A stretch of DNA of 64,000 nucleotides, taken from assembly GCA_965231075.1 (NCBI GenBank), contig OZ246412.1:91903-155902 (forward strand). The letters are read 5' to 3'. Position numbers and translations under genes: made by a program. The notes below the pieces were generated by a model. That model saw only the letters and a list, made by a program, of their open reading frames with translations, was not told the origin of the DNA and searched no databases. Source of the stretch: an uncultured Candidatus Saccharibacteria bacterium (lineage in GTDB: Bacteria; Patescibacteriota; Minisyncoccia; RBG-13-40-8-A). Of the stretch, positions 56,455 through 64,000 are shown piece after piece (within the stretch, counting starts at the first letter, position 1; each line of letters starts with the position of its first letter).

Positions 56455-58449
56455 TTAGATTTCGATTTTATAAACTTCGGACCCATTCAATAAATAAATT
56501 ACACTTTCATCGTAATCAACCCAGAAGTCCTTAAGATTGTTAAGTTCCGATATGAAATATTGTTTTATTAATCCATCTTTTTTGTTGTAAGAAATAATTC
56601 GGGTATTGGTTTTGTCTAAAATGTAAAGATTTTTAAAATCAGAATGGGTAAATAATTTTTCTACACTAAATAGGGCGGGGGAGATGTCTATTTTAAGTTC
56701 TTTATTTTTCTTGCCCTGAGAATATTGAATAATTTTTCCGTTTGACAACGCTACATACACATCGCCATCCACGGCCAGAGAGACGGCATCCTTTAGTTCG
56801 TCGGTTGGGCCTTGCATGATCCATTGCGAACCATTTAAAATATCTTCCGTTTTCGAGTATTTAAAAACATTTAGTTTTTGTGTGTCCAGAAAAAATAGAT
56901 TATCGCCATAAGTCGCCATGCTTTTAATGTTTAGGGTATTCTCTAGATTTGGTTTTAATAAATAAATATTATAATTTTCGTTATAATTGTAAACAGCAAT
57001 TTTTTCTGGATTAGCCAACAGTAACACCTCGTTATTTGTTGCGGTTCCCAATTTAAACGTATCTTTTGACGAAAGAAATATAAGCTTCGACGAATTATCG
57101 ATTAAGTCGATTCTGTGCAAAAATCCAGAGCTTAATTCGTAAAGATAAACAATATTTTCTAATTTAATTAGTCCTTGAGGATTAAACGGATAAACGCTTT
57201 GTGATAAGTCAGCGATTTTTTCGGGTGATTCAATATTAATGACATTGTTAAGGCTATTTTTTTGTTGATCGAATAATTCTTGAGCAGATTGTAGGCTTTG
57301 AGAAACTTTATTTTTTGCACCCAAGGGAAGACTGATAAACAACAAATTCACATTCTCTAATAATGTGGTTGCCTGTTTTAAAAAGGCCTTTGCTTCTGAC
57401 TGGTTTTGATAAATTAAGGACAACTTGCTTCGGTCGACATTTTCTTGGGTGCGCTGTATAAGGTTGTTGATTTGTCTAATTTTAATGTCGTAATTTATCT
57501 TTAATATAAAATAAGGTGCAATAAGAATATTTAACATTACGAACAAAACCAGAAGATATTTTATAATTTGATATCGGAAAAAGAACATTGTTGTTTTGCC
57601 GGGAAGGGTGATTTGGTCTTTGATAATTTTATCAATTTTATCTATTTTAAAATCTATTGTTTTTTTAAAATTAAATTTAATTTCCGTTGATTGATCCGCG
57701 TTGTTATTGGTTTCGATTTGAGTTAAATGAGAAATCTCGTGTTTTTCTAGTTTTTGAATCGACGCGTCTAATAACAAACAGGCTAATGAGTTTGATTCTG
57801 ATAAACTATTTTTAACGTGATGATAAAACTTATCGGTCGTAAAGCCAGAGATCATTTCTTTTATTTTGGAAGCGGTAACGATTTTTAAAATATTAACAGT
57901 GCTAATTAGAATTTTATCGCCATGTTCAATTTCTCCGCTAGCAATATTAGAAAATGTTCTAGTTGGTTCGGGGGCATCTGGAGATTCAAATTTCTTGCTG
58001 ATATTGGACGCGGTGTCGTTACGGAACAATTGTACGATCATTTTACCGGTTTGTCCCACATGAATTTTGCCTCCAGAAAAAGACAAACAAACAAAATTTA
58101 AGTTATCGATCCACTCATTGTGTCCTTTCTTTGCAAAATCAGCTAAATAGATATTAGCACTTTGTAATGCCGATTCTAATGCTTCCAACGAACTTCTTTG
58201 TGGGTTAGAATAAAAATCTCTACGAATTGCCGAACTTAAAAGATTTAAAATAAAATCAGAATTTTTATATTTCTTTTTCGGAATATTGGTAATTTCTCCA
58301 ACAATATAAAGATTGCCAAGTTTCAAATCCTGTTCGTCAATAGCTTCATACGAAAAAACCCCACAAATTGAATCTTTTTTCTTTTTGGGGTCTTGATAGA
58401 CGATTTCTCGGTAATACAAATTAAGATTTTCTGAATCCATTAATATCAT
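56455..58449 (-). CDS. large hypothetical protein with internal TM helix and PP2C/SpoIIE-like segment
   Basis: 665 aa from MILMDSENLNLYY. A segment resembling PP2C/SpoIIE phosphatase (GDKILISTVNI), one TM (YLLVLFVMLNILIAPYFIL), then a repeat-rich C-terminal half. The ORF-track N-terminus 58450..58683 is the antisense of a Lys-rich gene and was trimmed. Confidence 0.5.
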   Translation of the reverse strand: MILMDSENLNLYYREIVYQDPKKKKDSICGVFSYEAIDEQDLKLGNLYIVGEITNIPKKKYKNSDFILNLLSSAIRRDFYSNPQRSSLEALESALQSANIYLADFAKKGHNEWIDNLNFVCLSFSGGKIHVGQTGKMIVQLFRNDTASNISKKFESPDAPEPTRTFSNIASGEIEHGDKILISTVNILKIVTASKIKEMISGFTTDKFYHHVKNSLSESNSLACLLLDASIQKLEKHEISHLTQIETNNNADQSTEIKFNFKKTIDFKIDKIDKIIKDQITLPGKTTMFFFRYQIIKYLLVLFVMLNILIAPYFILKINYDIKIRQINNLIQRTQENVDRSKLSLIYQNQSEAKAFLKQATTLLENVNLLFISLPLGAKNKVSQSLQSAQELFDQQKNSLNNVINIESPEKIADLSQSVYPFNPQGLIKLENIVYLYELSSGFLHRIDLIDNSSKLIFLSSKDTFKLGTATNNEVLLLANPEKIAVYNYNENYNIYLLKPNLENTLNIKSMATYGDNLFFLDTQKLNVFKYSKTEDILNGSQWIMQGPTDELKDAVSLAVDGDVYVALSNGKIIQYSQGKKNKELKIDISPALFSVEKLFTHSDFKNLYILDKTNTRIISYNKKDGLIKQYFISELNNLKDFWVDYDESVIYLLNGSEVYKIEI

Positions 58450-58504
58450 TTTAACATTAAAAAAACCTTTACAAAAGGGGAATTTAGAGGTAGGATGGTG
58501 ATAT

Positions 58505-59290
58505 ATGAAAAAGAAGATGAAGAAAACCAAGAAGATAGCCAAAAAGTCCGTTAAAAAGACGCGGAAACGAATTTTAAAGCACAAAAAAACGATAAAAAGG
58601 ACCCACAAGAAAACCAATAAGACCCGCAAGGTTAAAACAATTAAGAGGGCCAATAAGAAAGTTAAAAAGATTAAGAAGAACAAGGTTAGAGCGTCTAAAC
58701 CTAAGAATGTAGTTGGGAGGGGAACACTTGAACAATTATTTGAGTCATTGGCGAAGGTTAAGTTGATGAAATTCTTTTTTAGAAACCCGGTAGATGCGTT
58801 TCAAATTAGAGAAATTTTAAAAATGGTAAGAACAAATAATTCTGCTGTAAAACAAGAAATCAAAAAATTAGAGAAAATTGGTTTAATCGAAAGTCGCAAA
58901 AGACAAGGAAGAATAGTTTATTCTTTGAACAACAATTTTGACTTCCTAAAAGAATTAAAAGATTTAATTTTAAAATCAACCATCTCTTCAAAAAGTGAAC
59001 TAATTAACAATGTGCGCAAAATAGGCAATGTAAAACTATTGGTTTTGGCAGGAATTTTTAGAAATAGCGAAATTGATGGAGCAGACATATTAATTGTAGG
59101 AGATAAAATTAACACCAGAAAATTAATTACATTCACCAAAGATTTAGAGGCAGAGGTGGGCAAAGAATTAAATTGTGCAACTATGTCAGCAAAAGAATTT
59201 AATTATCGTTATGATATGTATGACCGTTTCGTTAGAGATTTAATTAACGAAAACAAAGACATTTTGATTAACAAGTTGAATTTGTGGTAA
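58505..59290 (+). CDS. DNA-binding protein: Lys-rich histone-H1-like N-terminal tail fused to winged helix
   Basis: First ~65 aa are about 50% K/R (KKKMKKTKKIAKKSVKKTRKRILKHKKTIKRTHKKTNKTRKVK...). Then a wHTH (IREILKMVRTNNSAVKQEIKKLEKIGLIESRKRQGRIVYSL) and a C-terminal domain. Confidence 0.5.
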   Translation: MKKKMKKTKKIAKKSVKKTRKRILKHKKTIKRTHKKTNKTRKVKTIKRANKKVKKIKKNKVRASKPKNVVGRGTLEQLFESLAKVKLMKFFFRNPVDAFQIREILKMVRTNNSAVKQEIKKLEKIGLIESRKRQGRIVYSLNNNFDFLKELKDLILKSTISSKSELINNVRKIGNVKLLVLAGIFRNSEIDGADILIVGDKINTRKLITFTKDLEAEVGKELNCATMSAKEFNYRYDMYDRFVRDLINENKDILINKLNLW

Positions 59291-59307
59291 AATATGGGCT
59301 AGAACCG

Positions 59308-59378
59308 GGGCGTGTAGTTCAGTGGTAGAACGTTGCATTCACATTGCAAAGATCCATGGTTCGAGTCCATGCACGCCC
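59308..59378 (+). tRNA. tRNA-Val (anticodon CAC)
   Basis: Acceptor GGGCGTG/CACGCCC, anticodon stem TTGCA/TGCAA with loop TTCACAT, T-arm CATGG-TTCGAGT-CCATG. Confidence 0.7.
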
Positions 59379-59447
59379 AAAAAAGAAATAAATCGATTTT
59401 TGTCGGTTTATTTTTTTATTTCCTAAAATATTGTATAATGTATAAGT

Positions 59448-59822
59448 ATGATAGTTTTGATATTTTGGAGATGGTATTATGGGGAAGCGCTGAAAAATGT
59501 TTTAACTGCATGGCGAAATTTTATTATTTTTGCTATCAATTATTTTTCCATTCCTTTATTGTTAAAAACTTTAATTTCTCCGTGGAGGAGAGATATTACT
59601 AAAAGACCGCGCGGGCTTGATTTGAAAAAGTTTTTTGAGTATTTGGCGTTTAATGCTATTTCTCGTGGAATAGGTTTTTTGATTAGATTTTTCACGATTA
59701 TTGTAGGGATTGTATATTTATTGCTTACCATTGTTTTTGGGGCAATATTTTTTGTTTTGTGGATCGTTTTACCCTTATTAATATTAGGGTTATTAATTTT
59801 TGCCATAACACTATTAGTTTAA
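59448..59822 (+). CDS. hypothetical membrane protein
   Basis: Three or four TM helices. Immediately upstream of, and coupled to, the Clp-like ATPase. Confidence 0.35.
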   Translation: MIVLIFWRWYYGEALKNVLTAWRNFIIFAINYFSIPLLLKTLISPWRRDITKRPRGLDLKKFFEYLAFNAISRGIGFLIRFFTIIVGIVYLLLTIVFGAIFFVLWIVLPLLILGLLIFAITLLV

Positions 59823-59823
59823 T

Positions 59824-62361
59824 ATGTTTGATTTAGAAAAAAACAATTTTGTTTATAGGTCGGTGCAACTAGAAAGGGTTTTTCCTCTTAGAATTATGCG
59901 AATTTGGGGGATCGTGCTCATATTAATTGCATTAATATTTTTTCTGGGAATTTTTAAACCGGGATTTTTAAATCTAAATTCGCAACAAAATTTTGCCTTA
60001 TTTATAATTTTCGTTTGTTGTTTTGTGATTTGCATTATTTATGTTGCCTTCATTGATGCTTTGCGTCAGAATTTTTTAATTAAAACATCCTTATCAGAGC
60101 GTTTATCGCAAGAAAAAATTAAAGACGTGAACTTGGCCGAATATTTGGACTTTAGGGTTGCACGAGCGATTATTAAATCAATAAAATTTTGTCAAAGAAA
60201 AAAGAGGGGACTAAATGTTTTCATGGTTGTTTATAATCTTTGGAGCGATTCACGAGGCAGAGACATTTTTACTAAACTAGGACTAGAAGAGAATTTGTTT
60301 AAAGAAAAATTAACAACAGAAATCAAGAAAAATGTTGAGGCAATCGTTGATGAGCAGAAATTTATTGTTACGCTAAAAAGAGCCACGGCCTTGGCAATAT
60401 CCCATTTTCACAGAAATATTGATATTCGAGATTTTCTAATTGCTGCCGCGGAAGAAGATGAAAATTTTCTTGATATTTTATCTAAAAACGAGATGAATTC
60501 TGAAGACGTTGATCGCGTAGCAGTTTGGGAGGACTATATTGAAAATGAGATTAGAAGAAAAAGTCAGTTTTGGAAGCTAGATAACTTATTGCGCAAAAGG
60601 GGAGTTGGTAAACGATGGGCTGCGGGCTACACTGTGAATTTGGACAACTACAGTGTTGAAATTAATGATATTTTCAAAAAACAAGATCTTTCAATTCATT
60701 TAATGGGTCATCAAAAAGAAATCTATGCAATCGAAAGAATTTTGTCGCGTAGTGGAGAAAATAACGTTTTGTTGGTTGGGGAATCGGGATCCGGTAGATC
60801 GACGGTTGCATATGGCTTTGCCAAAAAAGCCATCGAAGGAAGATCGTTTTCGAATTTAAACGATAAAAGAATTTTAGAATTAGACATGCAGGCAGTTCTT
60901 TCGGGAATCAGCGATCCCGGAAAAATATTGGAAAGATTAAGAATAATTTTTTCCGAAGCCGTGAGTGCGGGAAACATAATTTTAATCATCGACGAAATAC
61001 ACAACTACTTAGGAGTTGATAAGGGTCCAGGGACAGTAGATATCACTTCGGTTTTATTGCCATATTTAAGTTCTTCAAATTTTCAAATTATTGGTTTAAC
61101 GACTTTTGACGGTTGGCACAGATATATTGAAAACAACGCATCAGTAAAAAATCTTTTTGTTAAGGTAGAAATGAATGTTTTGACTCAGGAACAAATAATT
61201 TTCATTCTTCAGGACATGTTGCCCAAATTTGAGAAACAATATGGCGTTTTTGTAAGTTATAAAATTCTAAGAAACATAGTTCAGCTAACAGATCGTTACA
61301 TTCAAGACAAGCCATTTCCCCAAAAAGCAATTGATATTTTAACGGAGGTATTAATTTATGCTAAACAGAAAGGCGAAAAAGTTATTCCGCCAGAATATGT
61401 TAATCGTATTGTTTCCGAAAGAGTAGAAATCCCCATTGGTGTAATCAAGGAAGATGAAAAGAAAAAACTTTTAGAATTAGAGCAAAGAATACATCAACGA
61501 GTAGTTGATCAAGAGGAGGCAGTAAAAAGTATTGCTCAGGCAATGCGTAGGGCGAGAGTGGGGATTAAATCTCGCAAAAGACCGATTGGGAGCTTCTTAT
61601 TTCTTGGTCCTACCGGCGTAGGTAAAACCGAAACCTCTAAGGCTCTAGCGGAAGCATATTTTGGTTCGGAGACAAAAATGATTAGGTTTGATATGTCGGA
61701 ATATCAGGAAATTTCTAATATTAGTCGTTTAATTGGTTCCATGGAAAAAGACGAACCGGGACTTTTGGCCAAGGCCGTTTTAGATGATCCCTTTTCGGTT
61801 GTTTTATTAGATGAAATCGAAAAAGCTCATCCCAATATCTTAAATCTATTTTTACAGGTTCTTGACGAAGGATTTTTGACTGATGCTTTTGGCAGAAAAA
61901 TAAATTTTTCGGAATCGATTATTATCGGCACATCTAATGCCGGAGCAGAACTAATCAGACAATGTGTGAGACAGGGAAGAGATCTTCAGTCATTTAAAGA
62001 CGATTTAGTTGATTATTTAATGAAAGAGGGAATATTTAGAGCTGAATTTTTGAACCGCTTCGATGCAACGGTAGTATTTAAACCGTTGGCTCATGAACAC
62101 TTAATTAAGATTGCAATTTTGATGATGAACGATTTATCAAAAAGATTATTAGAGGGGACGGGAGTAAGACTGGTGGTTACCCCCGACCTAATTGAAAAAA
62201 TTGTTAAAATCGGATATAAACCAGAGTTTGGCGCAAGACCAATGAGAAGGGCAATTCAAGATGAAATCGAAAGTCGGGTCGCAAAAATAATTTTAGAGCA
62301 AGACTTAAAACGTGGTGATTTTGTAAAAATCGAAGCAAGTGAAATTGGCGGTGGAGTGTAA
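59824..62361 (+). CDS. membrane-anchored ClpB/ClpC-like double AAA+ ATPase
   Basis: Two N-terminal TM helices. D1 has an atypical Walker A GESGSGRST (Arg in place of Lys) and Walker B ILIIDEIH. D2 is canonical (GPTGVGKTETSKALA; VVLLDEIEKAHP) with a C-terminal small domain. Confidence 0.75.
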   Translation: MFDLEKNNFVYRSVQLERVFPLRIMRIWGIVLILIALIFFLGIFKPGFLNLNSQQNFALFIIFVCCFVICIIYVAFIDALRQNFLIKTSLSERLSQEKIKDVNLAEYLDFRVARAIIKSIKFCQRKKRGLNVFMVVYNLWSDSRGRDIFTKLGLEENLFKEKLTTEIKKNVEAIVDEQKFIVTLKRATALAISHFHRNIDIRDFLIAAAEEDENFLDILSKNEMNSEDVDRVAVWEDYIENEIRRKSQFWKLDNLLRKRGVGKRWAAGYTVNLDNYSVEINDIFKKQDLSIHLMGHQKEIYAIERILSRSGENNVLLVGESGSGRSTVAYGFAKKAIEGRSFSNLNDKRILELDMQAVLSGISDPGKILERLRIIFSEAVSAGNIILIIDEIHNYLGVDKGPGTVDITSVLLPYLSSSNFQIIGLTTFDGWHRYIENNASVKNLFVKVEMNVLTQEQIIFILQDMLPKFEKQYGVFVSYKILRNIVQLTDRYIQDKPFPQKAIDILTEVLIYAKQKGEKVIPPEYVNRIVSERVEIPIGVIKEDEKKKLLELEQRIHQRVVDQEEAVKSIAQAMRRARVGIKSRKRPIGSFLFLGPTGVGKTETSKALAEAYFGSETKMIRFDMSEYQEISNISRLIGSMEKDEPGLLAKAVLDDPFSVVLLDEIEKAHPNILNLFLQVLDEGFLTDAFGRKINFSESIIIGTSNAGAELIRQCVRQGRDLQSFKDDLVDYLMKEGIFRAEFLNRFDATVVFKPLAHEHLIKIAILMMNDLSKRLLEGTGVRLVVTPDLIEKIVKIGYKPEFGARPMRRAIQDEIESRVAKIILEQDLKRGDFVKIEASEIGGGV

Positions 62362-62442
62362 AAGCTGTGCATAACTTTTTGGTGGTTTTGTAAAATTTCC
62401 CTCTACATAGAGGGAAATTTTTGTTTTGGCGAAGAGGGCTCG

Positions 62443-62490
62443 CTCCGACCTTGCGTCGGGGTTGACACGTGTATTTTAGTGGATTAAAAT
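62443..62490 (+). promoter_or_regulatory. GC-rich hairpin repeat fused to mraZ promoter (TTGACA-N17-TAAAAT)
   Basis: ctccgaccttgcgtcgggg hairpin directly abutting TTGACA (62462-62467); 17-nt spacer; TAAAAT (62485-62490). ~85 nt upstream of mraZ. Confidence 0.55.
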
Positions 62491-62576
62491 GTAATCAAGG
62501 TGGTGATATGTGGATAAAAGTGTTAATAAGTAACCGTATTTGTGGACAAAGGTCCTAAGAGGAACAAGACAAATAA

Positions 62577-63008
62577 ATGTTAATTGGCGAATATACACAC
62601 ACAATTGATGATAAAAAACGACTAGCGATTCCTGCAAAAATCAGGAAGGAGCTTGGCGCTAAGGCGGTTATTACCAGGGGACTGGATAACTGTCTTTTTA
62701 TTTATCCATCTAAAGAGTGGCAAAAATTAGTAGAAAAATTGAGCAATTTGCCAATTGGTCAGCGCGATACTAGGGGATTTAGTCGTTTAATGCTTGCGGG
62801 CGCAAGTGAGGTTGACTTAGACACATTGGGTAGGGTGCTTGTTCCTGATTATTTAAAAGAATACGCTCAACTTAAAAAGAATGTTGTGATTGCAGGAGTT
62901 TATAATCGTTTAGAAATTTGGGACGAAACCAAATGGAACACATTCAAGAATCAAAGCGAGAAAGAAGTCGACAATATTGCTGAACGCTTGGGTAATTTGG
63001 GCGTTTAA
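62577..63008 (+). CDS. mraZ: transcriptional regulator MraZ
   Basis: Duplicated SpoVT/AbrB-like halves with DxxxR motifs (IDDKKRLAIP; LDTLGRVLVP). First gene of the dcw cluster. Confidence 0.85.
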   Translation: MLIGEYTHTIDDKKRLAIPAKIRKELGAKAVITRGLDNCLFIYPSKEWQKLVEKLSNLPIGQRDTRGFSRLMLAGASEVDLDTLGRVLVPDYLKEYAQLKKNVVIAGVYNRLEIWDETKWNTFKNQSEKEVDNIAERLGNLGV

Positions 63009-63014
63009 CGTCCT

Positions 63015-63878
63015 ATGCACAAATCCGTACTTTTAAACGAAGTAATTGAATATCTAAATCCACAACCCCACGAAAATTTTATCGATTGTACAATTGGAGA
63101 GGCTGGTCACAGTTTAAAAATATTAGAAAAAACGGCTCCCGATGGAAAAATTTTAGGAATTGACGCAGACAGAGAATCCTTAAAAAGAATTCAACCAATA
63201 TCAAGATTAATTTTGGTAAGCGGGAATTTCAAAGATCTCAAAACAATTGCAGAGGAAAATAATTTTATTAAAGTAGATGGCGTCTTATTTGACTTAGGAT
63301 TATCGAGTTGGCAACTTGATGAAAGCGAGAAGGGATTCTCGTACAAAAAAGACGAACCTCTGACAATGATTTTTAATAGCAGCCAGGTAGTCACGGCTCA
63401 AGAAATAATTAATACCTGGCCAGAAGAAGAATTAGTTAAGATCTTTCGGGACTACGGCGAAGAAAGATTCTCTAGAAAAATTGTACAAAAAATTGTGCAA
63501 CGTAGGGGATTGAGTCCTATTCAAACAACTTCACAACTATTTGAGATTATTAAAAAAAGTGTTTTTTACAAACCTGACCGAACAGCAGCAAGAATATTTC
63601 AGGCCTTAAGAATTGTTGTAAATGATGAATTAGAGAATTTAAAAAAGGGACTAGATCAGGCTTTTCAAATTTTAAATCAAGGAGGTAGAGTAGTGGTTAT
63701 TTCGTTTCATTCATTGGAAGATCGTATCGTAAAATGGTTCTTTAAAGATTTAGAAAAACAGGGGAAGATAAAAATTTTAACCAAGAAACCAATTACCGCT
63801 GAAGAATCAGAACTTATTACTAATTCTCGTAGCCGTAGTGCAAAACTACGAGCCGCGATGTATATTGGGGAGATCTAA
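63015..63878 (+). CDS. rsmH: 16S rRNA (cytosine1402-N4)-methyltransferase RsmH (MraW)
   Basis: HKSVLLNE, DCTIGEAGHS, FDLGLSSWQLD, SFHSLEDR motifs. Confidence 0.9.
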   Translation: MHKSVLLNEVIEYLNPQPHENFIDCTIGEAGHSLKILEKTAPDGKILGIDADRESLKRIQPISRLILVSGNFKDLKTIAEENNFIKVDGVLFDLGLSSWQLDESEKGFSYKKDEPLTMIFNSSQVVTAQEIINTWPEEELVKIFRDYGEERFSRKIVQKIVQRRGLSPIQTTSQLFEIIKKSVFYKPDRTAARIFQALRIVVNDELENLKKGLDQAFQILNQGGRVVVISFHSLEDRIVKWFFKDLEKQGKIKILTKKPITAEESELITNSRSRSAKLRAAMYIGEI

Positions 63879-64000
63879 GTTTTCACTTGGATCCTTAGGT
63901 GGGGTAGACCCCCACCCAAGAAAAGCCTAAATACTAAATTCTAAAATCATGACAGTAGCGTCGTTAACACATATGAACGTTGTTCGTTCTCGTCGATCTG

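Noticed and set aside
58450-58683. Hydrophobic N-terminal extension of the large minus-strand ORF (MFFLIFLTFLLALLIV...)
   Set aside because: It is the reverse complement of the Lys-rich (AAA/AAG) 5' end of gene 58505..59290 and gives an artefactual F/L tract. The real start is taken at 58449 (MILMDSEN).

Overview
Low-GC (~33-36%) bacterial segment with streamlined translation, cell-division and sugar-metabolism genes, probably from a CPR/Patescibacteria-like genome. Genes are tightly packed and there are 13 tRNA genes plus two tRNA-like fragments. Housekeeping content includes tsaD, prfB-ftsE-ftsX, typA, ligA, gatCA, gyrB, secE-nusG-rplK, rpsB-tsf, rplJL, mraZ-rsmH, gap, fba, rpiB, rpe, rpmE, rpmG and rplY. 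The main accessory feature is a complete diversity-generating retroelement (DGR) at ~4.0-7.8 kb, next to a tRNA cluster. It comprises a 613-aa target protein with a C-terminal variable region, a template repeat whose differences from the variable region fall at template adenines in the ~135-bp unambiguous core alignment (edge positions are less certain; see finding), an Avd-like accessory gene on the opposite strand, and a reverse transcriptase carrying the DGR-type LGNLTSQ motif. Other notable items: (1) prfB with a programmed +1 frameshift whose start overlaps the RT 3' end; (2) a release factor 1 lacking its N-terminal domain; (3) a GIY-YIG nuclease gene flanked by tRNA-Trp-derived repeats; (4) two paralogous coiled-coil plus lytic-transglycosylase proteins near ftsEX; (5) families of GC-rich palindromic hairpins (CCCCGAC...GTCGGGG and CCCCGC-N4-GCGGGG) in intergenic regions and, as in-frame inserts, inside tsaD; (6) several compositionally foreign (GC ~50%) small-gene cassettes with consensus sigma70-like promoters and intrinsic terminators; (7) a ~58% GC gene fragment at the window start; (8) a GC-rich structured element next to tRNA-Gln. 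No CRISPR arrays were seen. All calls come from reading translations and motifs by eye; no database searches were run.
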